Shown here: piece by piece, positions 37,063 through 46,711 of the stretch
Position numbering within the stretch: position 1 is the first letter of the stretch
How the letters are laid out: every line of letters begins with the position of its first letter
Assembly (NCBI GenBank): GCA_964392665.1
Contig: CAYMQB010000010.1
Coordinates: 895-64,894, forward strand
Reading direction: 5' to 3'
DNA length: 64,000 nt
Source: an uncultured bacterium
Lineage (GTDB): Bacteria > Hydrothermota > E44-bin80
Made by a program: the position numbers and the translations under genes
The notes under the pieces: generated by a model
Databases searched by the model: none
What the model was told of the DNA's origin: nothing
What the model saw: the letters and a program-made list of their open reading frames with translations, nothing else

Positions 37063-38049
37063 TTACTTTGTATGGAATTCTATAATATCTCCATCCTGCA
37101 AGATTTCATCTCTATCAACTCTCATCCCTTTAAGCTTTTGGTTCCTCCATAACCTAACATATTTCAAATTGGTAATGAAATCCTTATGAATTTGAGAGGC
37201 AAGTTCTATAATTTTGGTGTTTTTCTTAAGAACGAACGGGTGAGATTTGTCGATATCCTTCTTGGGAGGCTTAGTGTAGACCCTTATTATGTTAAGGGAT
37301 TTATAGATATCGTCTTTTAGTTTTTTTATTCCCGAATTTTTTAGAGCGGATATACTGATAAATTCGAGCTGTCGGTGATATTTTTTCGATAGGAATTGAA
37401 AATTATACTGCGCAGCTTCCATGTCTTCCTTGTTACAGAGCACCAATGACTGCTTGTACATAAAATTCTCATCTGTCTGCTGTGCGTCATTCTTGAAAGT
37501 CCTTATGTGCGAGGATTCGAGAAGATTGAGCAGAATTTCGATTTGTTTGCTAACATCTTTTTTTGAAATGTCGAGTACGATTAGAAGAAGGTTGCTTGAT
37601 CTCGCAATTCCAAAAATCCAACCAGGAGCATAATCAAGTGAAACAGGAGGCATATCGACAATTTGAATCTGTATATCTTCGTAAATAAGCATTCCTATCT
37701 GCGGTTTTCTTGTTGTAAAGGGATAATTTCTAATCTCTGGTTCGGCATTTGTCAAAACACCGAGGATCTGCGATTTTCCGGAATTTGGCAATCCCAACAT
37801 CACAGCTTGAGCTGCGCCTTCCTTTGGAACATGATAAAAATCGAAGCGGGCAACACCAGATTTTTTACCCAGTTCTCTTTTTAGTTTTGCGATTTTTGAC
37901 CTTAGGTCTGCCTTGAGTTTGTCCGTGCCCTTATGTTTGGGCATAATGGAAAGTAGTTCTAAATAAATTTGTATCTTTTCCTCGGGGGTAGAGGCAAATT
38001 TCAACTCTCTTTCTTTCTCGTAATAATTTGGAGGGAGATTTGCAGGCAT
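37063..38049 (-). CDS. DRG-family (developmentally regulated GTP-binding protein-like, Obg superfamily) GTPase with C-terminal TGS domain
   Basis: 328 aa. N-terminal helix 'KIQIYLELLSIMPKHKGTDKLKADLRSKIAKLKREL' parallels the DRG N-terminus; G1 'GLPNSGKS', G2 'YPFTT', G4 'NKED'; 'IIRVYTKPPKKD...' and TGS-like 'DGDIIEFH' match DRG C-terminal regions. Confidence 0.55.
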   Translation of the reverse strand: MPANLPPNYYEKERELKFASTPEEKIQIYLELLSIMPKHKGTDKLKADLRSKIAKLKRELGKKSGVARFDFYHVPKEGAAQAVMLGLPNSGKSQILGVLTNAEPEIRNYPFTTRKPQIGMLIYEDIQIQIVDMPPVSLDYAPGWIFGIARSSNLLLIVLDISKKDVSKQIEILLNLLESSHIRTFKNDAQQTDENFMYKQSLVLCNKEDMEAAQYNFQFLSKKYHRQLEFISISALKNSGIKKLKDDIYKSLNIIRVYTKPPKKDIDKSHPFVLKKNTKIIELASQIHKDFITNLKYVRLWRNQKLKGMRVDRDEILQDGDIIEFHTK

Positions 38050-38237
38050 ATGTTTATCTTTGGTCCGGGTTAAACAATTTTATGGAATGGCAAAACTTGC
38101 GATGCATGGTTCAGCGTGTGTGGTTATAGGCAACCCAAAGGCTGCGTATAACCATGCGAAAATTCACATTTTAACATAGTTTCTAAAAGCTCAGTGTGAC
38201 ACTGGATTTTTTATGTAGTCTCACGACTGCTTCGATG

Positions 38238-39653
38238 TTATCTCAGTTTTATTACTTTTTGCGTAATTGTCCTTTCCTGCAGATTTGCTTTGATATAGTA
38301 TATACCTGGAGGAATCTTAGAACTATTCCATGCAAAGGTATATCTTCCGCGATTTAGTTCTTTTGAAACAAGGGTAGCTATTTTTCTTCCTGAGATGCCG
38401 TAGATGGAAATTTCCGCATTCACTTTTCCCAGAACACTTAAATTGACCGAGACAGAGTTTATAATCAGAGTTGGGAAAATACGAAGAGAAAAGTTCTTAT
38501 TCTGCAGATTTGTTTCAGAAACCCCACCTCCCAGAACTATGTCATTGGAGTCTCGTGGTTCTATCTTGAAGTTTCCAAAAGAATAATTTAGTGGTCCTGT
38601 TACTGTGTATACTTCGCTTATAACAGGGATATAACTGACACCCATATCATCGATTCTAACCGGCCCCGAACTATCATCCAACTCCCATTCGCCGTTACCC
38701 AGAGAGTCGTCTGTACATGTGGCAGTGACTCTTACAAGGGAACTTTCATAGTCTTCGACCGGAACAGAACCTGTTTGTAAAACTGTTGGTCCAGGAATAG
38801 AAGCTCCACTCGATAGCACTTCGGTAAGCGGCCCAGTAAGTTCGGTCATTCCGAAGTACTCGGTCACCATGCCTGTTATGCGAACACTATCTCCCCTTGC
38901 AGGTGCAGTTGAACTACCATATACATAGATACCGTGCCATGGTCCTCCAGGTTGCTCTTCTATGAAGAAATCGTTTCCATATACTCCACTCACTATACCG
39001 TAGGTTACAACAGCAGAATTTTCCCAGGGTGAAGAGGTTGCCTGTCCCTGTATTTCATATATGCTCAAAGTTTCAGGAGGTGTTCCCGAGCCGAGGTCTT
39101 CGAAATAAGCATCATCGACGTAAATCAGGGCACTGTCAGTAAAACCGCTAACATCGTATAGTCTGATCTCGACATGAGCAGTTTCTGCCAATGCCGGTGC
39201 ACCTTGTGGACCCGACAACAATTGCTGCCATTCTGTTGAATCGGAACTGTAATCACCATAGTAGCCGTTGATAAATCCACCGGTGCCGTCATACCATCGT
39301 ATGTTAACCCTCGCTCTTCCATACTGGTCGTTGTCAAAACACCAGAAAGAGAAATTGTAGTCATTAGCTGGATTGATTGGCGCAACATACTGAGTGAATC
39401 TCTGGGTTGAGGTGGACCTGAGGATTAGTTTTGCACTGAAAGTTCCAGAGTGAACAATACCGGATTCTTTTACTGCATCAAAGCCAGTTGTTTCGGTATA
39501 CCAGTATTGACATGTAGAGTCATCGACCCAATTTTCGAATCCTGGATTCAGGAGCAGATTCTGTCCCCAGGCGGTTGGTAAGGGTAACAAGAAAAAAGCA
39601 ATAATGGTCATTAAAACAGAATTTTTCATAAAACCTCCTTTTTTACAAACCAA
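38238..39653 (-). CDS. Secreted protein with an N-terminal CBM4/9-like domain, an ExeM/NucH-type OB-like domain and a T9SS C-terminal sorting domain
   Basis: Signal peptide 'MKNSVLMTIIAFFLLPLPTAWG'; 'LLNPGFENW' beta-sandwich start; 'IYEIQGQATSSPWENSAVVTYGIVSGVYGN'; C-terminal ~80 aa 'LRIFP...NLSVLGKVNAEISIYGISGRKIATL...GIYYIKANLQ...KVIKLR' matches the T9SS/FlgD-Ig-like CTD. Confidence 0.5.
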   Translation of the reverse strand: MVCKKGGFMKNSVLMTIIAFFLLPLPTAWGQNLLLNPGFENWVDDSTCQYWYTETTGFDAVKESGIVHSGTFSAKLILRSTSTQRFTQYVAPINPANDYNFSFWCFDNDQYGRARVNIRWYDGTGGFINGYYGDYSSDSTEWQQLLSGPQGAPALAETAHVEIRLYDVSGFTDSALIYVDDAYFEDLGSGTPPETLSIYEIQGQATSSPWENSAVVTYGIVSGVYGNDFFIEEQPGGPWHGIYVYGSSTAPARGDSVRITGMVTEYFGMTELTGPLTEVLSSGASIPGPTVLQTGSVPVEDYESSLVRVTATCTDDSLGNGEWELDDSSGPVRIDDMGVSYIPVISEVYTVTGPLNYSFGNFKIEPRDSNDIVLGGGVSETNLQNKNFSLRIFPTLIINSVSVNLSVLGKVNAEISIYGISGRKIATLVSKELNRGRYTFAWNSSKIPPGIYYIKANLQERTITQKVIKLR

Positions 39654-39754
39654 TTTATATTGTTTTGCTTAAGTTGTCAAGGAAAAATTTACCAAAGGGA
39701 ATAGCAGGCAAGAAAAAGGTTGACTTAAACAGAAATATGTAATAGTAGATAGTT

Positions 39755-40252
39755 ATGAGTATCAACTTGCTTGATGCGGTTGGAGATTTTCTAAGGGATT
39801 ACGATGAGGTAGTTGTTTCTGTCAGGAAACTGTGGAAGGATCTTCAATTGGACCAAAAGTTTAAAGACATTGAGATTCCAGACTTCACGGGATTCGTTGA
39901 AATGTTGAAAAATGACGAAAGGTTTGAGTTTATGGCACCAATGAATTTTGCAGAAATTTATCAGAGTCTGGGTGAAGAAAAGAAAAAAGACAGAGAACAT
40001 GAAATGGAATCCATAGGATTGTATGGCGGAGAACGTGTAAAATTGAAAGAGACCAAATTGACCGATGAATTGCTTGCAGAAATGATAGAAAAATCTGTGA
40101 ACAGGATGATGAATGCATTAAAAAATGCATGGGAAAAAAGACCCCAGAACAAAGATGCGGAGAATAGATTAATTGAGATAATGAGAAAAGCAGAGCAAGT
40201 CAAAAAGGAATTAGATGGTGTAATTCAGAAGTTAAAGAATAAAATCAGTTAG
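39755..40252 (+). CDS. Hypothetical cytoplasmic protein (charged, helical)
   Basis: 165-aa ORF with good coding appearance and no recognisable motifs. Confidence 0.3.
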   Translation: MSINLLDAVGDFLRDYDEVVVSVRKLWKDLQLDQKFKDIEIPDFTGFVEMLKNDERFEFMAPMNFAEIYQSLGEEKKKDREHEMESIGLYGGERVKLKETKLTDELLAEMIEKSVNRMMNALKNAWEKRPQNKDAENRLIEIMRKAEQVKKELDGVIQKLKNKIS

Positions 40253-40301
40253 GAAATACAAAGAGCGTTAAAAATCCGATTTTGTTAGTAACCAATATTA
40301 A

Positions 40302-41507
40302 TTACCGAACGGTTTTAGTTGATTTTACAATCTGCTTCTTGATCTTGTCAAGGAACATACAATTCACATCTTTGGCAGAGGAGAAGAAGGTTTTGAGAAT
40401 TTCCGCGTTGTAAAGATTTAATCTCATAATTATTTTTTGGTCAAGCGCAAGAATTTGATTCGTACCAGTTCCAGCGACATACAAAATGTGTTCACCATCC
40501 GGACTAAATACCAGTTTTCTTCCCTGGTTAAAACAATCGTTTATTCTTGAAAAGTTTGGGTCATACGATTGGATTTCTTTTCCATCGAGAACAATAATAG
40601 CTTTCTTGACATTTGCCTTCATAATTGTGAATGCATAGTGGAGATCATCATTTGAGAAAGCTATTGAGTTGGTGAAAACCTTAAGAGCGACAGAAACAAC
40701 TTCACCATCGTACTTGATTTTTATTTGGTTTGCAGATGGGTCATCCTGTAGAGCAATGAAGTGTTTTCCTTTATGGGAGAGAACGAAATAAGTAATTGCA
40801 TTCTTTGACTCGATTGTCGTTGTCTCGTTTCCATCGATAATGACTTTCATCTTGTTTCCATTTCGTGTCACTGCACCGTAGTGTTCGCCATCCCCTGAAA
40901 TCGAGGTGAATAATGGCATATTGCTGATGCGCTGTCTTTTTCCGTCAAAAACCAGAAAATCACCTGTTCCGTCTACAACCCAGTAAAGTAAATGATTACC
41001 GTCGATGCTGACCTTAGGTTTTGCTGAATAAGGTGATTTGTCGATTGGCTTAGCGTCTTTCATAATCTTGTTCATTTTTTCGGTTACTCTCGTCGTATAT
41101 ATAAGGCTGCCGTCATTTAGGAATTGAAGTGATTTTGGAGTGTCGTCTTCCCTTATTATAGTCTTATAGGGATATGTCGCAATTGTATTACCATCCTTAA
41201 CGACAATCTCTTTCTTCCCCAAAAGAGCGATGTATGCAAAATGATTTCCATCGGAACTCAATGAAAGAACATCTATTGCAGGATATGTTTTATCAGATTT
41301 TTCATCGTAGACTACTGCTTCTCCTTCGGTTTTCTCTTCAACATATGCAAGATGAGGGGCATAATTCGAAAACACTATTGAACATTCCTTAACATTCGTG
41401 CCCGCTGGAATTTTGTATAAAACCTCTTTTGATTCCCGGGAGCAGGAGGAAATGGAAAGGGATATTCCTAAAAGCAGAAGACAAAATAGGCAATTCTTCA
41501 TAGTCAA
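40302..41507 (-). CDS. Lipoprotein with repeated beta-propeller-like modules
   Basis: Lipobox 'LLLGISLSISSC'; repeated 'DG-H-AY/ DGNHLLY/ DGEHYGA/ DGEHILY' segments suggest a beta-propeller. Confidence 0.45.
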   Translation of the reverse strand: MTMKNCLFCLLLLGISLSISSCSRESKEVLYKIPAGTNVKECSIVFSNYAPHLAYVEEKTEGEAVVYDEKSDKTYPAIDVLSLSSDGNHFAYIALLGKKEIVVKDGNTIATYPYKTIIREDDTPKSLQFLNDGSLIYTTRVTEKMNKIMKDAKPIDKSPYSAKPKVSIDGNHLLYWVVDGTGDFLVFDGKRQRISNMPLFTSISGDGEHYGAVTRNGNKMKVIIDGNETTTIESKNAITYFVLSHKGKHFIALQDDPSANQIKIKYDGEVVSVALKVFTNSIAFSNDDLHYAFTIMKANVKKAIIVLDGKEIQSYDPNFSRINDCFNQGRKLVFSPDGEHILYVAGTGTNQILALDQKIIMRLNLYNAEILKTFFSSAKDVNCMFLDKIKKQIVKSTKTVR

Positions 41508-41575
41508 ACCTCCTGGTATAGTGTTAATTGCACCGAAATCTGTGCTCTTAAGTCATTGGTGTTGAGTTTGCTGCT

Positions 41576-42145
41576 TTAGACCTTTTTTAATGCTTCTTTT
41601 ATTAGTTCTTCTACAGTCTCTGTTTGTTTTTCCTTCAGGACTTTTTCTGTCAATTCTCTCGCCTTCATTACCTTGAAGCCGAGAGAGATGAGAGCATTTA
41701 TGGCATCTGATTTCATAGGTGAGATTTCAGCACTCGGAATTGCAGTTTTTATTTCTTCTTTTAATTCAAATAGCATCCTTTTTGCAGTTTTAGGTCCTAT
41801 TCCGTGTATGGAAGTAAGCGTAAGCATATCATCTTCAACTATTGCCCTTTCGAAACTACCTACTGTAATTTCGGAGAGTATTCCAAGGGCTGTTTTTGTT
41901 CCAATACCTTGAACTTTCACCAATTTCCTAAATAGTCCTTTTTCTTTAATCGTGGCAAATCCATAAAGGTTAAGTTCTTCATTTTTAATGGAGATAAATG
42001 TGTGCAGTTTGATCTCTTCGCCTATGGTACCTATTAACTCTGAAGTTGATATGGGGATGTTTACCTTAATGCCAATACCTCCAATTTCCACAACAACTGC
42101 AGTTGGTTTTTTTGCTGTTATTTTTCCTTTAATATAGTCAATCAT
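41576..42145 (-). CDS. ruvA: Holliday junction DNA helicase subunit RuvA
   Basis: 189 aa; 'MIDYIKGKI...VVEIGGIGIKVNIP' OB domain, twin HhH 'GIGTKTALGIL' / 'GIGPKTAKRM', C-terminal domain III. Confidence 0.9.
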   Translation of the reverse strand: MIDYIKGKITAKKPTAVVVEIGGIGIKVNIPISTSELIGTIGEEIKLHTFISIKNEELNLYGFATIKEKGLFRKLVKVQGIGTKTALGILSEITVGSFERAIVEDDMLTLTSIHGIGPKTAKRMLFELKEEIKTAIPSAEISPMKSDAINALISLGFKVMKARELTEKVLKEKQTETVEELIKEALKKV

Positions 42146-42294
42146 TTATAGCTATATTTCTACGCTTTTTGACTCTTAATGTCAAGTAAAAAGTGATAAT
42201 GCTTGGGTCAGAACCATAATAAACCTTATTGGAGTTAGCACATTTTCGTTTTTTTACTTGCTTATTGATAAGAAATTTGGTATAATTTTTTATT

Positions 42295-43683
42295 ATGCTT
42301 AAAAAAGTGGAACGAAAGGTTTTTGACTTTATCGATAGATACAAATTGATTGAAGAAGGTGACAACGTCCTCGTCGCGGTTTCAGGAGGTCCGGATTCTG
42401 TCTTCCTGTTACACCTGTTTTTTCTTCTCCAAAGGAAGTTTGGCGTCGAATTTACGGGTTGCCATATAAATCATCATCTTAGGGGCGTAGATTCGAATGG
42501 AGATGAGAAATTCGTGGTAAATATGTGTAAGAAAATGAATGTGCCATTGATCGTAAAAGATGTAGATGTTTCATTGTTTATGAAAAGGAAAAAAGTAAGC
42601 CTGGAGGAAGCAGCAAGGGAGTTAAGGCTGAAGGTTCTCGAGGAGGAAGCGAGCAAACTGAAAGCCCAAAAGATTGCTATCGGACACACATCGGACGACA
42701 ATGTTGAAACGTTTTTTCTTAATCTTCTCAGAGGAAGTGGGAAAACAGGAATACTTGGAATTGGCAAGAAAAGGGGTAGGATAATCAGACCGCTTTTGTG
42801 TTTGACCAAGCAGGAAATAGTAATATATCTTAAGGTCAAAAGATTAAACTACAGAATAGATGCATCGAACTGGGACATTCAATATAGAAGGAACTTTGTC
42901 AGAAGGGAACTCGTTCCAATGATTGAGAAGCATTTGAATAAGCAGGTTAAGAAAAACATTTTGAATCTAATCGAGATTATTTCCGATGAAGAGGAAATTG
43001 TTTTGGACGCAGTAGAAAGCGAAAAATTAATTACGAACTCGGAGAGCCCGGATGGTATTTTGATTGACAGAATTGCATTCAGGAAATGTAAAGCTGCAAT
43101 ACAGAGAAGGATTATAATAAATGTGTTTCAAGATGTATCAGGAGATTATTTGCACCTTAATTTCAGAGCGATTGAATCGTTACGAAAAGCGATTAATGGT
43201 GTAGCATCAGGTTTGAAGTTTTGCTTTTTTAAAACCAATTTTTTCTTAAGTGTAAATTCGGTTCTTGTAAGTCAAAAGGAGGTGTTTGAACCTGAAAAAC
43301 ACGTGGATGTTGAACTTAACATACCGTTAAAAACGAGATTTCGCAATCGTTGGATTATTGAGACATCGATTCTTGAAAGCGTTGACGGAGATATTAAGGA
43401 GGTAAACTGTGCCTATTTTGACCTCGACGAGGTTCATCCGCCAATCGTTTTAAGAACGAAATGTAACGGTGATAAGTTTGTACCCTTTGGTATGAAGCAA
43501 GAAAAGAAAATTAAGGACTACTTCATTGATTCGAAAATTCCATTCTGGCAGAGGATGGAAATTCCCATTGTTGTCGATAGAAGCGGCATTCTCTGGATTA
43601 CTGGTTTGCGAAGGTCAAATAGGGCAAGAATCAAAGAATCCACAAAGAGAATTCTAAAGATAGTAAAAAGAGAAATTGTATGA
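42295..43683 (+). CDS. tilS: tRNA(Ile)-lysidine synthetase
   Basis: 462 aa; PP-loop 'VLVAVSGGPDSVFLL', 'AIGHTSDDNVETFFLNLLRGSG'. Confidence 0.85.
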   Translation: MLKKVERKVFDFIDRYKLIEEGDNVLVAVSGGPDSVFLLHLFFLLQRKFGVEFTGCHINHHLRGVDSNGDEKFVVNMCKKMNVPLIVKDVDVSLFMKRKKVSLEEAARELRLKVLEEEASKLKAQKIAIGHTSDDNVETFFLNLLRGSGKTGILGIGKKRGRIIRPLLCLTKQEIVIYLKVKRLNYRIDASNWDIQYRRNFVRRELVPMIEKHLNKQVKKNILNLIEIISDEEEIVLDAVESEKLITNSESPDGILIDRIAFRKCKAAIQRRIIINVFQDVSGDYLHLNFRAIESLRKAINGVASGLKFCFFKTNFFLSVNSVLVSQKEVFEPEKHVDVELNIPLKTRFRNRWIIETSILESVDGDIKEVNCAYFDLDEVHPPIVLRTKCNGDKFVPFGMKQEKKIKDYFIDSKIPFWQRMEIPIVVDRSGILWITGLRRSNRARIKESTKRILKIVKREIV

Positions 43684-44198
43684 CGAGAAAAAAAGTGTTG
43701 TTAGGAAAAAGAGAAATTAAGAAAGGTATAAAAAGGATTGCAGGTCAACTGAATAATGATTACAATAACAAATCGCCCATACTTGTTGGAATACTTAAAG
43801 GAGCATTTGTCTTTCTCGCAGATCTGGTAAGAGAGTTAACTTTTCCAACAAAAATAGATTTTATATCTGTTTCCAGTTATGGTGATTCTACAAGGTCCAG
43901 TGGTGTTGTTAAAATAACACGGGATATTTCCATAGATATCGAAGGGGAAGATGTAATACTTATAGAGGATGTTATCGATACGGGATTAACACTTTCCTTT
44001 ATCTATGATTTTCTGAAGAGAAAGAATCCGAAGTCATTGAGGATATGTGCTTTTCTTGAGAAAAAAGTGGAGAGAGCAAAAAAATTTAAAGTTGATTACA
44101 GAGGATTCTTGATTCCAAACAAATATATTGTTGGCTACGGGCTTGATTTTAGCGAAAGATTAAGAAATCTTCCCGAAATCAATACTATGGAGTTTTAA
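43680..44198 (+). CDS. hpt: Hypoxanthine-guanine phosphoribosyltransferase
   Basis: 172 aa; PRPP-binding '[15 protein letters not shown]'; conserved tilS-hpt-ftsH order. Confidence 0.9.
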   Translation: MTRKKVLLGKREIKKGIKRIAGQLNNDYNNKSPILVGILKGAFVFLADLVRELTFPTKIDFISVSSYGDSTRSSGVVKITRDISIDIEGEDVILIEDVIDTGLTLSFIYDFLKRKNPKSLRICAFLEKKVERAKKFKVDYRGFLIPNKYIVGYGLDFSERLRNLPEINTMEF

Positions 44199-46139
44199 AT
44201 GGATAAACAGGAAAAACCAAAAAAGCAACAGCCTTCCAATACAATGTGGAAAGGTATAATGATCTGGATAAGCATAATTCTCCTCTTGATGGTTGCTATA
44301 GGAATTTTCAATACGAAAAAAAAGGGAGAAATGCAGATTTCATTCTCCAGATTCTTAAAAGAGGTAAACTCTGAAAACGTTGACAAGATCGTGATCGTGA
44401 ATTTAGATATCAAGGGAAAATTGAGAAACACATCTAGTGTAACTACAAAAGAGGGTGAAGTTTCTTTTGAAAGGTTTAAAACACACATTCCTTTCGAGGA
44501 TGCAGACCTGGCAAAAAAACTTGCCGAACGAGGAATTGAGATTGAATCTAAGGCTGAAAGCGGATGGTGGAAATACTTCTGGCCCACGCTTCCACTGATT
44601 ATATTGATTGCCATCTGGATATTCTTTTTCAGGCAGGTGCAGAGTGGACCAACGAAAGCACTTTCTTTTGGAAAAACTCGAGCAAGGATGACACTTCCTA
44701 ATAAACCAAGCGTAACTTTTAATGATGTTGCCGGAGTGGAGGAGGCAAAGGACGAACTCAGGGAAATAATAGAGTTTTTGAAAAATCCCAAGAAATTCCA
44801 GAGGTTAGGTGCCAAGATTCCGAAAGGAGTTTTACTTCTTGGCCCTCCGGGAACAGGTAAAACGCTTCTGGCAAAGGCAGTTGCAGGCGAGGCTGCGGTT
44901 CCTTTTTTCTCGCTTTCAGGCTCTGATTTTGTCGAGATGTTCGTCGGTGTTGGCGCATCGAGGGTGAGAGACCTTTTCGAAAAGAGTAAAAAATTTGCTC
45001 CAAGTATAATATTCATCGATGAAATCGATGCGGTCGGAAGATACAGAGGAGCTGGTATAGGTGGGGGACATGATGAGAGGGAACAGACTTTAAATGCTTT
45101 ACTTGCCGAAATGGATGGTTTTGAAACGAATGAGGGGGTTATTCTAATTGCCGCCACGAACAGACCAGATGTGCTGGATCCTGCACTTCTGAGACCTGGC
45201 AGATTTGACCGACGGGTTGTTGTTGATTTTCCGGATGTTCGCGGAAGGGAAGGAATATTGGAAGTTCACACAAGGAAAATTCCGCTGGATAAGGCTGTGA
45301 AACTTAATGAACTGGCAAGAGGAACACCCGGTTTCTCAGGCGCAGATATAGCCAATATGGTAAATGAGGCAGCCCTTCTTGCTGCGAAACTTAATAGACA
45401 AAAAGTTGAAATGGCTGACTTCGAAAAGGCGAAGGATAAAATCCTTATGGGTGTGGAACGAAAGAGTCTGTTGATAAGCGAAGAGGAAAAGAGGATTACA
45501 GCATATCATGAATCAGGGCATGTGCTTGTTTCTCTTATGACTCCGGGAACAGACCCGATACACAAGGTTACAATAATTCCACATGGAAGATCACTGGGAA
45601 CCACTCAGCAATTGCCAATCGATGATAGACATAATTATTCGGAGGTTTATCTAAAAGCAAAACTTGCAACACTACTCGGAGGTAGATGTGCTGAACTCCT
45701 TATTTTTGGATACAGGTCAACGGGAGCGCAGAATGATATTATGAACGCGACCGAGATTGCAAGAAATATGGTAACAAAGTGGGGGATGAGCGAAGAAGTG
45801 GGACCTTTGACATTGAGTGACAGAGAAGAGCAAATTTTTTTGGGAAGAGAGATAGCACAACATAGAGACTATTCAGACAGCACCGCCCAGGTTATAGACA
45901 GGGAAATTCGGAAGATAATTACCGGGGCGGAGGAAAATGCGTATAAAATTCTTAAAAGTAAGAAAAAAACACTTGATAAACTTGCGAATGAACTATTGGT
46001 GAAGGAAGTGCTTACAAAGGTGGAGATTGAAAAACTTCTGGATAGGAAGATGAGGAAGAATTCCAATAAGGTGAAGTCGCAGCACAGGGGGAAGACAGCA
46101 CAACAGGCAGGAAAGAAAAAGAATAGTAAGAAAAGATAG
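44199..46139 (+). CDS. ftsH: ATP-dependent zinc metalloprotease FtsH
   Basis: 646 aa; Walker A 'GPPGTGKT', Walker B '[10 protein letters not shown]', SRH '[19 protein letters not shown]', protease 'HESGH'. Confidence 0.95.
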   Translation: MDKQEKPKKQQPSNTMWKGIMIWISIILLLMVAIGIFNTKKKGEMQISFSRFLKEVNSENVDKIVIVNLDIKGKLRNTSSVTTKEGEVSFERFKTHIPFEDADLAKKLAERGIEIESKAESGWWKYFWPTLPLIILIAIWIFFFRQVQSGPTKALSFGKTRARMTLPNKPSVTFNDVAGVEEAKDELREIIEFLKNPKKFQRLGAKIPKGVLLLGPPGTGKTLLAKAVAGEAAVPFFSLSGSDFVEMFVGVGASRVRDLFEKSKKFAPSIIFIDEIDAVGRYRGAGIGGGHDEREQTLNALLAEMDGFETNEGVILIAATNRPDVLDPALLRPGRFDRRVVVDFPDVRGREGILEVHTRKIPLDKAVKLNELARGTPGFSGADIANMVNEAALLAAKLNRQKVEMADFEKAKDKILMGVERKSLLISEEEKRITAYHESGHVLVSLMTPGTDPIHKVTIIPHGRSLGTTQQLPIDDRHNYSEVYLKAKLATLLGGRCAELLIFGYRSTGAQNDIMNATEIARNMVTKWGMSEEVGPLTLSDREEQIFLGREIAQHRDYSDSTAQVIDREIRKIITGAEENAYKILKSKKKTLDKLANELLVKEVLTKVEIEKLLDRKMRKNSNKVKSQHRGKTAQQAGKKKNSKKR

Positions 46140-46146
46140 AACAAAA

Positions 46147-46707
46147 ATGAACAAAGATAATGTCAAAAAACTGATAAGGGAATTTATAAGAGAAATTGGT
46201 TTAAATCCCGGAAGCAAGAGATTAAAAAAGACCCCGGAGAGGGTTGCAGTGATGATTGAACAGATATTTGCATGTAGCAGGAAAGATCCTAAGAAGGAAT
46301 TAAATGTATTTAAAACTTCAGTTAAAAATGAGATAATTCTGATTAAGGACATTCCTTTTTTCTCCTTCTGTGAGCATCATCTATTACCGTTTTTTGGAAA
46401 GGTTCATATCGCATATACACCCAGGGATGGAGTTATTGCAGGTTTCTCAAATTTTGTTTCGCTTGTGAAAGTTGTTTCAAGGAAGTTACAGCTGCAGGAG
46501 AGGTTGACGGATGATATAGTAGATTCGCTGATGGATGTTTTGAAGCCGGAAGGAGCGATGGTTGTTGTCGAGGCAAGACATCTCTGCGTGGAAATGCGAG
46601 CAGAGAAACAAGCTGAAACTTTGATTACGACATCTTCCGTGAGAGGAACGATGAAGGACGAAAATACTAAAGCAAGAATCATAGAAATGCTAAGAGTTAA
46701 TCGATAG
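46147..46707 (+). CDS. folE: GTP cyclohydrolase I
   Basis: 186 aa; 'FFSFCEHHLLPFFGKVHIAY' active-site region. Confidence 0.9.
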   Translation: MNKDNVKKLIREFIREIGLNPGSKRLKKTPERVAVMIEQIFACSRKDPKKELNVFKTSVKNEIILIKDIPFFSFCEHHLLPFFGKVHIAYTPRDGVIAGFSNFVSLVKVVSRKLQLQERLTDDIVDSLMDVLKPEGAMVVVEARHLCVEMRAEKQAETLITTSSVRGTMKDENTKARIIEMLRVNR

Positions 46708-46711
46708 TGAT

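Noticed and set aside
44195-45157. 320-aa minus-strand ORF entirely inside ftsH
   Set aside because: It is antisense to a very well supported FtsH coding sequence (Walker A/B, SRH, HEXXH all intact). The translation is low-complexity and Ser/Pro-rich with no motifs, typical of a shadow ORF in an AT-rich gene.
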